A DNA stretch of 60,407 nt, filler included, from Ionaspis alba (taxonomy: Eukaryota): assembly GCA_964255285.1 (NCBI GenBank). It is 2 parts of 2 records of this genome, joined end to end, with 100 filler letters (N's around TTAATTAATTAA, not from the genome) between each part and the next. Parts side by side here need not be neighbours in the genome. Positions count along the whole stretch, not along the records: positions 1 to 30,226 come from CAXUUL010000116.1; positions 30,327 to 60,407 come from CAXUUL010000117.1. One strand, written 5' to 3'. The notes under the pieces were generated by a model. The model saw nothing but the letters and a program-made list of their open reading frames with translations. It did not search any database and was not told the origin of the DNA. This document shows positions 25,419 to 36,639 of this stretch, piece after piece. The translations under genes were made by a program, and so were the position numbers. How positions within the stretch are numbered: the first letter of the stretch is position 1; each line of letters begins with the position of its first letter.

Positions 25419-25698
25419 CTGGGGAATGTGCATGCCCCATGCTATGCATTATGCCATCACTATTGTCTTGCTCGTGATCAAGTAGAGATGGCTAAGCCAC
25501 AAATGCCATGACGAAAACCTGGAACGAGCACTGTTCTAGTCTAAGCAATGGGAGGAATAGCCGGGTTGGTACTGGAACGGTCTTTGTGTGATCTGCTGAC
25601 TTGCTCAAGTCATGCCGGTATTTCTTGCGTGTGGCGCTACTGTTAGTGGGGTGGTTGTGGGGCAGAATCAGTTGCCAAGACCTATGACGTTCGCGGGG
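25419..25698 (+). promoter_or_regulatory. Cluster of CreA/Cre1-type SYGGRG sites plus a TGACGT site upstream of grg1
   Basis: CTGGGG 25419-25424, GTGGGG 25646-25651 and 25657-25662, GCGGGG 25693-25698, TGACGT 25685-25690. All lie upstream of a glucose-repressible gene. Confidence 0.5.
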
Positions 25699-25832
25699 CA
25701 TAAGAAGACAAATTGCAAGCGTTAATACTTCTTCTTTCTTTAACATCACAACCACAATCATCAGACTTCAATCAGACTCACAATCACAACTTTTCAAATC
25801 AAACCACTCCAATCAACTCATCAACCTTTACG

Positions 25833-26210
25833 ATGGATACCGTCAAGTGAGACTTCCTGTATCCCTCATCTTGGCCTTCTTATCACTGACTCCATGCACT
25901 CAGGAACGCCGCAAACTACGTTTCCGAGTCGGTCCAGCAGGCCACCTCAGGTGCTTCCAAGGAGGCCAACAAGCGTATGTGTTCTTGCTAGATGAAGTAT
26001 CTAGAGATTATTGCTCATACTCTTAATAGAGGTCGCCAAGGACTCTGATGCCTCCATCGGAACCCGAGCCAGCGCAGCCAAGGATGCTGTAGGAGACAAG
26101 GTCGATGAGCACGGACACGGTGTAAGGACTCCAACTTATCATGTCTAGTACAATGTCTAACGTGACCAAAGGCATCTGCCTCCCTCAACAAGGAGCAGGC
26201 CAAGCACTGA
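25833..26210 (+). CDS. grg1: Glucose-repressible protein Grg1 (ccg-1 family), 4 small exons, absent from the ORF track
   Basis: Spliced product MDTVKNAANYVSESVQQATSGASKEANKQVAKDSDASIGTRASAAKDAVGDKVDEHGHGASASLNKEQAKH*, with GTGAGA, GTATGT and GTAAGG donors and branch sites. Confidence 0.95.
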
Positions 26211-27460
26211 GTGCTATTTCCTCCCCTCGAGACACCAAATGCTGAGCATGAAGCTAGCGTGTTGAGCTTTGTACGATGGACCACCACGGATGGTGAGGTT
26301 GATTTTGGAAGCAGTGGCAATCGATAGCATAGAGCAACCAAAATACCCTTGAGCTGCAATAGCCATCCTCTGAAATACGTGACGCAAGGTTGCTGCAAAT
26401 GAACCCTCACTACTTATCCGATAGAACCTTTCGTTCCATGGTATTGTAATATAAAGAAGCCATTAATTGGCTCTTGCAGTGAAATAGAACTACAATCTTG
26501 TAGAATCACATAGCACGATGCCGTTTGCGCAGCCCAAATTTCACATGGTATGATGGATTCCCTTCACGTACAAGGCACTACCATAGGACCAATATTCTTT
26601 CTTCGAAACGCTATGCGTTGACAACGTGGTCCTCTCCCTCGCTCTACCTACACCTAAATACTCATCTACCCTATCCCAGCACTCCACTACACTCCAAATT
26701 TCTTGGAGCTGACGGCCTGTACAAACCCACCCAGATTGTACTACCAGTAACTGTTCAATGACACTGAAGATTAAGAGAGCGGGGACAATTCTATACAGAT
26801 TTGTTAAAACTACATGATCCACAGCTTCAAGGTCTTCGCTGGCCAGCAGATGGTCGTAAGTCCGACCACTCGCCCTCACAGAGCCAGCCCGCATCTCTGC
26901 CACCAGGAGCAGGCCCTATTTCTACTACCTTGCCCAAGTCACCTTCTACGTATTTGCATGACCTCAAGACCTGCTCGCAAACCCTCACCGATGAACGTCT
27001 TCATCCACATCACACTCCACAGCCAAGCTCGCCAAACCCGTACCTCAGTCTTCTACTGCATCGCTATCGATCACCCATATACAAATGATCTGATGATCAG
27101 GCAGCAGCCTCTAGATCTCGACGACATAGGTTGGTAGAGAACACCGTCCTCGAAGAAAAGAGCACACATTATGAACGTAGGAGGTAGACGATGGCGAAGG
27201 GTATAGCTGAGTGCCGAGCACGATTCAGCCAGGCTGGGTTCCTTACTCAGTTGTCTCTGCACGCAGAGGTAAACTTGAGCCTGATACTCAAGCCTCAGAA
27301 TCTCTCCATGTAAAGAATCCCCGTTCTTGAGATGAAGAAATGGGCTTCCGTAATAAAGGAGGCTCTCTTGCGAAGGCAAGGCAGGCATGGCACAGATGAC
27401 TGTGTGGTCCATGAATAGGCACGAAGATGTCGTGAAGAGCTTCCGACATAGTGGGGAGCT

Positions 27461-27724
27461 CTAAGCGTAGGGACTGTTCTTGCACTCAGGAGCTAGCCAT
27501 GAGGAACTCTTTACTAAAGTCTCCTTCTCACTCTTCCTTTCTCCTGCCTCCAGCTTTTGCATCTCGGGTGCCATGTCGAGCCAGCAGACTTGATCTGTTG
27601 GCGTCGATGGTTCGTCCTTGTCCGAATGGGTTGCACAATCTGTGCTTGCTGTATCGGTATTGGACTTGATAGTCTGAGCCTGGCCTTGCTCCTCTGTCGC
27701 CGGCAGCTTTGTGGGGCTGGTCAT
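27461..27724 (-). CDS. Possible small hypothetical protein (may splice onward towards ~27071-27290)
   Basis: ATG follows an A/C-rich leader (CACCAACATG) and opens an 87-codon hydrophilic ORF. No family was recognised. Confidence 0.3.
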   Translation of the reverse strand: MTSPTKLPATEEQGQAQTIKSNTDTASTDCATHSDKDEPSTPTDQVCWLDMAPEMQKLEAGERKSEKETLVKSSSWLAPECKNSPYA

Positions 27725-28908
27725 GTTGGTGTGCTAGCTTGGGTCTTGGAATTTTGTGGTAGATAATGGTGCTGTGTGTGAAAGAGGGAACTGATCATTC
27801 CGTTGTGGATTCGGGAATTATGTCTTTCTTTTCCTTGCATTCAGACTGTTTAGTTTGTAGGAGATCGAATCGGTAACGACTCGGACCGTCTGAAATTAGA
27901 AGTCCTCCCACTCGAGCTGAAAAGTTTTCCTATGGTATTGCCTGATTGGTAACCAACTAAGTCATGCTCTCGACATGTGTTCAAAGTGCCGTCATTTTTC
28001 TCTTGACCGTTGTCTACCCTAGTCTTTAGGTCCGGTCGAATGGGCAAAGCGTGAGCATCAGCTGATGAAGACCTCTTCCCTAGACGAAGAACGTACGTCC
28101 TTCGTACATCAGCCTGGAAAGTGCACGATGCTCGGGAACGGAGTCAATGTTTCACGGAGGATTCTATGCAAATGAAATCCTTTCAACCAAGATTGCTGTT
28201 CCTTCCGGCTTATGAAGACAACGAGAAACGTACTCGATTGTGGCTTTTCCGCCATTTTCGTTGCGGGGCAGTCCGTACCATTGGCGCCCAGACGCTGGTG
28301 GAGGATTGAGTTCCATTGTTGGAACACCGCCGTTCAATACGATCATTAGTCTTGTATCTTGATCATGATTCTAATAACGGATCCTGAGGATGACTTCATG
28401 TAAGCTACTTACGAGTACAAATACTGCCGACGACAAGGCAGAGGCGCTGTTGAGAATAGCAAGCTGTCAGCACTAAATTGCAGATACACCAATTGTCAGA
28501 ATTTATATCAGTGTCATCGGTCACACCGAATATGGCTGGCTCATTGTTAGATTGCCCAATCGGGACAGCTTAGGTGCTGCGCCCTGACGAAAGCTTAGAT
28601 TCTGCATGAATATGATTGGTTCATCTGGGTGGCTGGGCAGTGTGAGTCCACGCGTCGTCTCCCACGCCCTGTACACCATCAGCCTCTGGAACATCACAAT
28701 TCACTACAAAATATCCCCTTTATCTGTCGCGGGAGTAACGCTCTGTACATCTCCTCAGGCAACAGTCTCTCGTCCTCTGTCAAACAATACCACTCCGGGT
28801 TGATTATGCTTGGCTCTTGATACCAAGCTTTCTTTCCCTCGCGCTCCTCTGTCTTGGCATGTTTAAGCTGGCCCACTTGATCGCTGCAAAACCCTGCTTG
28901 TCGTAATC

Positions 28909-30226
28909 ATGGCAATCCATGCCAAAGTGTTTCTCGCTGGTACGTATACCCCCCGCGTATGCATGTCTACATCACTGCGAAAGCGTCCAATCGACACCAG
29001 AGCCTTGTGCTGACCTCCAGAACAGTGTCCTTCCTCCTTAACTTCCTAAGTACCCAAGTCTTCTCCACCTCAACCTTCAACATCAGTCCTTCCGATGGCG
29101 CAGCCACGACCATCAGCTTCGCTCTCAGCATCCCCGAGAACACCAATGACCTGGTATTCAATTTCACCGCGCCATCGACCAACTCATGGGTCGGTATTGG
29201 GACCGGAGAGGTCATGGCGGGTTCCTTGATGTTCATCATGTACTCGTCCAAGGATGGAAAGAGTACGCAATAACAAGCGCTCACGGAAATATAAAGGCAA
29301 GAAAGACTGATATTTTCGGGTAGATGTCACATTGAGCCCACGACTCGCGCCAAGTCACAACGAACCCCAATACTCCCCCGACATCCAAACCACCATCCTC
29401 GAAGGTACCGGCATCATCAATAACATGCTCACCGTCAACGCCCGCTGCCAAAACTGCACCACATGGCCAGGCGGCTCTCTCGACGTCACATCAACCTCCG
29501 CACCCTGGCTATATGGCATCGGCCCGTCCTACACCATGCGCGAAGACAGTCTCTCAGCCACTATTCAGCAGCACCAGCAGCACGGTCAGTGTCCCCACTC
29601 CCATAACCTTCCAGCCGAGCAAAAGCAGTCCCATGCTGACACTCACGTCATTCTCCAGGCGTCTTCAACTTCGACATGAAACAAGCCACCAGCTCATCCA
29701 GCACGACCGGCTCCCCATCGTCTCCCTCTGCCTCCTCCGGCGCCACTCTGACCGGTGCTCCCAAAAGCGATATCGCCTGGGTGCCCATCCTCCACGGCAT
29801 CGTGACCGCCGGCTCTTTCGTCCTCCTCATGCCCATCGGCGTGCTTTTCCTCCGCCTCTTCGAAAAAGTCCGCTGGCATTGGCTGAACCAACTCCTTGCC
29901 TCGATCTTGGGAATTGCTGGAATCGTGGGCGGGATTTACGTCAGCACGACGTACAACAAGGCGAAATCGTTCAACCAGGCGCACCAGATCATCGGGCTGA
30001 TCGTCCTGGCCTCTGTATTCGTGCAGGTGTTCCTGGGGTGGTGGCATCACAGGACGTACAAGCGGACGAAAGCGAGTACGCCGTTTTCGCCGGTGCATCG
30101 ATTTTTGGGGCTGGGGATTATTTTGCTGGCGGCTGTTAATGGAGCGCTGGGATTGGATTTGGCGGATAATAATAAGTATCAGCCGGCTTATATTGTTGTT
30201 GCGGCTGTGCTGTTGGTGATTACGGC
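28909..30226 (+). CDS. Cellobiose-dehydrogenase-type cytochrome (DOMON-like) domain plus cytochrome b561 transmembrane domain; 3' end lost in the gap
   Basis: Spliced signal peptide MAIHAKVFLAVSFLLNFLSTQVFS. WVGIGTGEVMAGSLMF carries the heme Met, followed by VTLSPR, RCQNCTTW and QQHQQHG (heme His). The b561 histidines are in ILHG, WHWLNQ, AHQIIG and VHRFLG. Confidence 0.88.
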
Positions 30227-30326
30227 NNNNNNNNNNNNNNNNNNNNNNNNNNNNNNNNNNNNNNNNNNNNTTAATTAATTAANNNNNNNNNNNNNNNNNN
30301 NNNNNNNNNNNNNNNNNNNNNNNNNN
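30227..30326. other. Artificial contig-joining spacer: 44 N + TTAATTAATTAA + 44 N
   Basis: The symmetric 100-nt spacer has a central 12-mer that places stops in all six frames, as in a standard concatenation linker. Confidence 0.9.
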
Positions 30327-30748
30327 ACCCTAAACCCCTCCCCACAAACAACCTTATCAATCTCCCACCCCCTAACATCCTCCCTCCTAACCACCCCTAC
30401 AAAGCTATCCGCACAAACCGCCTCTCCAACCACCAATATAGCCACCGAAACCTGCCGTGGCTGAATGCGTGTCACACGACAGAGCACGACATCGTTAACA
30501 GCCGGGAGAACATTCGTGGAGGTAATGAGCCTTGAAGGGATAGGCTGTGGTGTCTGTGCCGGTTGTCTGCTGGGTGAGACGACTGAGAGAGTGGGGAGGG
30601 TTTTCGAGGAGGTGGAAGGGGTGGTGGTAACGGGACCGGCTAAGGAGGCGTGTATTTGCGAGTCGTGGAGATGGGTTCCTGGACCGGATATGTATTTGGA
30701 GGCGGGTCCAAGGGAGAGACCTGGGAAGGCGATTGAGGGGAGAGCCAT
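30327..30748 (-). CDS. CSL4: Exosome complex cap subunit Csl4 (EXOSC1); 3' end lost in the gap
   Basis: IAFPG...YISGPGTH...IHASLAG N-terminal cap, then the S1-like domain VLPAVNDVVLCRVTRI...FVGVVRREDVRGWEIDKV...EGFR. Confidence 0.9.
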
Positions 30749-31462
30749 GGGATGGGGAGATGGGCCGGGAGATGGCGAGACTGATAGAGACTCGGGGTTG
30801 TAAGGACGGCATCACACGGTTTGCAAAACAGGTAGAACGGTTCGATTAGGCGAGTCGGCACCCAACGGGTAGGGCATCGGAATTGCTCGCTTCGCAGCGC
30901 TGGAAGATTATAGCTACAGTGACAAGGTTACATCTAGATGTTAGGACTCCTGCACCATATCAACAATTAATTGCCATGGTCTTGATGGCAGATGGTCTCA
31001 TATCCGGTGCCTAAGTAGTCGTCGAGTCAAGGATTACATACATAGTGTACCTGGTTACCAACGTAGCTGCTCTCCTACATACTGAGTCTGCTGGTCTGGC
31101 TTGCATCTACCTGCTACTTGCTGCGGTGGTTTCGTTTGAGATTTTTTACTTGTGTCTCGACCTTCAGCTAACGACAGTGGACGACATGCCCGAATGCTCG
31201 CCAGTTCAGTTGATACTGCTACACAATCATGGCTTTATATTATTCGATGTGGTTGTTTTTTGCACCCAAGCACTTGCTCTAGGAAACGCTTGGTGATACC
31301 ATCTAACGCTGATTTCACAAATGAAAACAGCCTTTGTCTAGCGATATATTGACGTTGCAAGCACAGTCTATCTCTCCTACTCCCCACAGTCCCAATCTTT
31401 CCTTCCTTCGCAACGTGCTCCTGCTTTCAACTTCGCCCTTCCACGCCAACTCACCTCCCAGT

Positions 31463-33613
31463 TCATGACTCATCACTCAGCTCCTGCCTCTGCCTCTTCT
31501 CTCTCTTCCTGTTCTCCTCCCTCTCCTCCTCGAGCTGCTGCATAAGCTTATCTATCCGCTGCAGATATTTTTCTCTGCTCTCTCTGCTCTCTCTGTTCTT
31601 CTCCCTCTCCTCCTCGAGCTGCTGCATAAGCTTGTCAATTTCTTCCTTGTGCTCCTGCCTCTGCCTCTCCTCTCTCTTCCTGTTCTCCTCCATCTGCCTC
31701 TCCTCTCTCTTCCTGTTCTCCTCCATAAGCTTATCCATCCGCTCCACAAGCATCTTGATCTCGCTCCTCTTCTTCTGCGAGCTGTCTGGACGAGGTGGCA
31801 ACAAAAAACCATCGGCGTCTCGGTCCTGGGAGACATGCTGGGAGTTGTCGTCGTTTGGCAATATCCCCGATGATGCGGAGGACATTTCGCTCGAGCCGGG
31901 CAGGCAACTTGACTCAGGTGGCTTGGTCGGATCAGGGAGGGCCGCAATGGCGTCTTTAAGCCGTTGTACGTGCCCTGGAAGGTGAGACTTGAGGATATTT
32001 CGGACAACGTTGTGAATGGCAAGCACACTATTGTTGTTGGTAAGATCGAATCTCCCTATGCGATAGCGGTAGTAAGTCCATTTCTCCCCTTGTAGAGTGG
32101 CGTAGTGTCCATAAAGGCGAGCATCCAGTTGATCGTGCGAGATGGAGAAGACAAGTACTTGCCCATTAAGGCTATCCGTCTTCTTTTCCATCTTTTTTTC
32201 TGGTCGATACTTATCTGCTTCCTGCTCGATCCTGAGAAGGGCTCTGACAGCAACGCTGCAGCTGTGCATGTTCTGTCGATCCGCTACATCGAGGCCGTCC
32301 CTACCACATTTTACCTCGCACATGAGAAAGGGGAAAAACATAAGCGTAGTGACCTGCGTCCAGTTATCAACTGAAGTGTACCTTTTTAGTTTGTCGATTT
32401 CTCCCTCCGTGAAAGTAGACGAAAGTAGACCGATAGCAAGGTCGGGGCGAGGTCGAGGTCCTTCCAAAACACATTGTTCGTACCAGCCGGCATTGACCTC
32501 ATCAATAACATGCTTGAGGCTGTCGTCTCCACCAAAGTAAAGAGACGTGATAGATGGCACAATAATCGGAGTAACATCTCGGTTCACTATTGGCTCGTTC
32601 CGATTTCGAAAAAAGTTTATGATCTTGCAAATGGATCCGGTCGGAAAGAGAGTAGGTTCAATAATCTTGTGTGTAATTTGCTGAAGGTCAATGCACAAAC
32701 TTTTGCTCTCTTCAGAGACCAACTCCTCGCCTTTAAAAGGGTCCATGTCGAGACCTTTGGTGAAGATGAGCCGCTCGTACGCTGCTGTGTATTGCTCCGG
32801 GACCTCTTTATTCTTGCGGCGCTGAGAATAGCTCCGGGAACTTTCATCCTTGCCTGTTCTTTGTCTTTTGTTGGTGCTGTGTGAAGAAGCCATTGGGTTG
32901 TGCTCTGCAAAATTCTCAGGCCAAGTATGATGCGCAGCCCAATAGCTGATAGGGTTGTGCCTCTCTTTCTGATCGACTTCGCGGACTCCGAAGTCCTTTG
33001 CAGACTTCTCTGGATTCTCGATAACAGGAACGTTCGTTTTAGGTACAGTTTCGTCAAGCTGCACCTCCTGCTTCGTGGAAAGGCCGTCGTCTCCAAGCGA
33101 TTTCAATCGCTCCTTGGGATCTAAGTTCGGTGAGGCCGCGGCAGGCTCACTCTTCCGGGTCTGTTGGCGAGATTCTACACCAGCCTGGCCCAGCTCTTTC
33201 TCGTGTTTTAGTTTATGGCCGGCACTATGAGTTTTTTCAAAATGGCTCTCGAAGCTGGTGTGGTCCGTCGATTTCTCGGTGTTATCTTTAGATAGCTGGG
33301 TCGGGTGGCGCTGTTCAGGCAGGTAAGTTATGGCCAGAGCAGAGTGGTCTCGACTTACGTCTTCTTTCGTCGACCCGTTCGTCGATGGAGATGGAGGCGC
33401 TCTGCATCGTTCTTTCTCTCTTCCCTGCTTTTTCCCCCTTTGAACAGGCAATAGTTGATGTAATTCTCTCTCCGACACACGCGCACTCTTCCGTAAAGAA
33501 GGGCCCAAGCTGGGTTCATGAGCGGAATGTGCTGGAAGGGTTAGTCAAACGGCCAAATGTCCTTCGAAACACTTACCACCAATCCTCTTTGTCCCGCGCT
33601 TCCGCTTGAGCAT
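31463..33613 (-). CDS. PD-(D/E)xK restriction-endonuclease-fold-like fungal protein (DUF7924-like) with N-terminal NLS and repetitive coiled-coil tail, 2 exons
   Basis: Exon 1 at 33613-33577 (MLKRKRGTKRIG) is joined through the GT-AG intron 33576-33532. The core reads PRPDLAIGL...FPFLMCEVKCG...ADRQNMHS...FSISHD...LYGHY. The E/R/K-rich tail contains duplicated units. Confidence 0.8.
31480..31740 (-). repeat. Coding tandem/interspersed duplications (MEENRKREERQ x2; DKLMQQLEEERE x2; ENRKRE x3)
   Basis: Near-identical DNA units such as CTCTCTTCCTGTTCTCCTCC and CCTCTCCTCCTCGAGCTGCTGCATAAGCTT recur. Confidence 0.85.
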
Positions 33614-34412
33614 AATGTCTTGCTGTAGGTTTTCCAGGCAGGAGAAGTGGTGGCAGACAGCCAGACGGATAGCCTACTGTGGGCAAGAACGTCCAGTGAA
33701 ATGAATCGGAAATAGTTTAGTCCGGAGGGGATGAAAAGACCTTCCTCGTAGTTAATGAATAAACCTTCTTACACCTCACCGCAGTCTAACCCGTTTTCTC
33801 ACTACCCAGCATAAGCCACTAACTTGATCGGAGTTAGTGCCTTCCTCCCCCCCGACGATCTGATCTACAACAGATAACCTATTCTCAGCACTGCATTGCG
33901 TCTTCCTTGCGACCATTTCCTTTGTACGGTCACTCTCACTGTCATTCTCACTTAGAGCAAGATTATAACTCGCATCGGCTTGTTCTTGATTCCTTCTGAC
34001 TCCGACCTCTACGATCGAGTAACGTCCTCTGGACCTTCCACTTCCGACCGTCGACGGACTTCGAATTTCCCATCCAAATTTCGACGAGCTTCTCTCCTTC
34101 AACAGCTCACTTGATATCTAATACAGCCACACCCTCAAACGACATCCTCACAGCCAGCGAATCACGCTGCTCTCAAGCTGTGATCAGCTTCTGTCGCCTT
34201 CCGCAATTTTGTCTTTCCACCACAAACGCATCCAGGCATTTACATAATTATTGGTCGCCAACCACGCACTAAAAGAATTCTCTAAGCATCAGGTCTGTTG
34301 CATCAGCATATTGGCAAAAATATAGAGCTTGTCAAACACCCGGACGGAGCACGCCTACCAGCGAGCCTCCACGAATTAATAGTCGAACTCGACCAATTCT
34401 TCAACCACCAAA

Positions 34413-35186
34413 ATGCGTCTCACAACGCTTACCACACTCGCCCTCCCCGCCCTCACCCAAGCCTTCGACCCGGCAGCCTTCACCGCCCCAATAATTCCCG
34501 GCTACGTCGCCTTCACAACCATCTTTCCCACCGAAACAACCCCCGCCGCGACCTTGAGACCAACAACCTCGATTCCACATACCATGACCGCCGCGCCATC
34601 TATACAGACAATCACAGGGATGCCACCAACACCAATCCTAGCATCACAAACACCCAATCACCACAACTACATCCCCGCCCCCCTCCAATCCTTCATCGCC
34701 TCCCTCAACAACGCCTTCACTCCCGACTCCCACCTCGAGCTCCGTCAAGCACCTGCCGCCCCGGTCGCCGCACCCGTAAATCCAGCAGCAGCACCCGTCA
34801 ATCCCGCCGCACCAGCCGCAGCACCGGTAAACCCAGCCGCACCCGCAGCCCCCGTCGCCGCGCCCGCAGCCCCAGCAGCGCCAGTCAATCCCGGCGTCGC
34901 GCCCGGCGGTGGTGCACCCGCTGCTCCTCAAGCCCCGCAGCAGGTCTCGCCCATCACGACGGTGTATATTGACGGCGTGCAGGTGGTTTATACGCAGCAT
35001 TTTAGTGCGATACCGGATCAGGGACCGACGCCTGCGGCGGGGGAGATCGGGATGGGGACGTTGACGGGGACGGTGGGGGCTGTGAGGACGGATCAGGCGA
35101 GGAATGCTGCTGGGAGTTGGAGAAGGGGCAAACGATGGACGGGGTTTGTGGTCGGGGCGGTCTTGGTTTGGGGGGTGATATGGTAG
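34413..35186 (+). CDS. KRE1: Secreted, probably GPI-anchored Pro/Ala-rich cell-wall protein with a Kre1-like domain
   Basis: Signal peptide MRLTTLTTLALPALTQA and (A)PVNPAAP repeats at ~34749-34940. The Kre1-type motif is YTQHFSAIPDQGPTPAAGEIGMGTLTGTVGAVRT, followed by an omega-like NAA and a hydrophobic C-terminus. Confidence 0.7.
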   Translation: MRLTTLTTLALPALTQAFDPAAFTAPIIPGYVAFTTIFPTETTPAATLRPTTSIPHTMTAAPSIQTITGMPPTPILASQTPNHHNYIPAPLQSFIASLNNAFTPDSHLELRQAPAAPVAAPVNPAAAPVNPAAPAAAPVNPAAPAAPVAAPAAPAAPVNPGVAPGGGAPAAPQAPQQVSPITTVYIDGVQVVYTQHFSAIPDQGPTPAAGEIGMGTLTGTVGAVRTDQARNAAGSWRRGKRWTGFVVGAVLVWGVIW

Positions 35187-36639
35187 AAATAGTGGGAGAT
35201 TAGAGGAGTTGTGGGAGTGGGGAGTTGATGGCTTTGAGATGGGTAGGTGAAGGCGTTTGGGTATGTGTACGTAGTAGAGGACGCATTCAAGGCGTTCGCT
35301 GGAGAGATATGGGGCAGAGTCTGAGGACCTCGATCAATTGTACTTATAAACTTCAAAACAGTTTTCTCTCGTTCAAGTGTGATCCAAATATCCTTTCTCT
35401 GAATCAAATTCGATGAAATGAAGGGCATTCCTCAAGCCCACAATTACGAAAGACTGACTTTAAGATAGATTGATCTGCGACAAGCTGTATATTTGTCAAA
35501 CGGAGTATTTAGTTACCAGTGTGCAGGACCACACACTACGTAGTCCCAGCAGCAGGAATTCTCCAAATGCCAAAGGTGTAAATCGGATGTAAATCACGTG
35601 ATGTCCGCAAATAGTATCTTCCTTGTATGAGACTGGAGAGCGAGACTACTAGTATAAAAGGACTGCTATAATTCTTTTGTGATGTTGACAAAGATCACGT
35701 GCGGACCCAAAGCAGTAGTTGCCAATACTCACTATTTTGGATTACAGGGCTTGCACACTTGATCGAAGCAGACATCCAAGAAATCAGAATTTGGTCCAGG
35801 GAAAAGGCAGCTGAGGATTAGGGTTAGGTATCCCCTAGATTAGGGTTCGGCATTACCAAACCTCTCAACTGCACTTCCAACACAAATCACGTGCAATCCC
35901 GCAAGACGCAATTCATCAAGCCTCACAACCATCTCAGCATAACGAAGACAATCAGAGCAAAGGATATCATATTAATAGAAACCCTCGCTCAAATACCAAT
36001 TATCTATTTCCGCTCCAGAATATCGTACACATTCCCTCTCCTCACCAATATCAATCTTCTTTCGCCCCGCAAGCTTTTACCCCTGGCCCCCTCATATCAA
36101 AAACACCTGCATTGCCCCAAGATTGCCAGCAGGCCTCCGCCAACACCCCGGCAAAAGGCTACAAGCAAACTAAGCGAACAGGAGTATCTCAGAAACCAAA
36201 TTATTATAACTAGAAAAGAAAAGCAAGCTCGTTTCCCCTAGTCCCCTCACTCTGGAACCTATCATCCGTGATGTAGACGCCGGACCAGCCGAACAAGTAG
36301 ACGGCTGATCGGGAAGTCCGCGAGCGAGAGAGGGTGAGGAAAGGAGAGCACAGATGTGTGTATATATGTAAAAAGCGCAAATAAGCCTCCCTCCATGCGC
36401 CAGAAACCTCAGTGGGCAGAAAGATGTGTACGTTCGAAAGTGTTTCGTCGAAGCAGTCCCGATCGGCGCCATCGAAGAAGAATCCGTGAGGAGAGAGGTG
36501 GTATCAGTCTATATAGTAGAGAGAGAGAGAGTATAACAAGATTATGAGAAGAGAAAATTCGTTCAGATCGTGATAAGTTTTGTGTGCGTATGGATGGTGA
36601 GTGGTGATTATATTCGTATTGTGGTGGATAGACCAGAAA

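Noticed and set aside
26518..27190. Possible spliced plus-strand gene between grg1 and the 27.7-kb ORF
   Set aside because: I could not build a consistent exon chain with credible splice sites.
6474..30226. Idea that ALDH, NmrA-like, PUT1 and the b561 protein form a metabolic or secondary-metabolite cluster
   Set aside because: There is no backbone enzyme or transporter, and the genes are separated by unrelated housekeeping genes.
30271..30282. TTAATTAATTAA palindrome inside the N run
   Set aside because: Synthetic six-frame-stop linker. It also means adjacency across this join is not proven.
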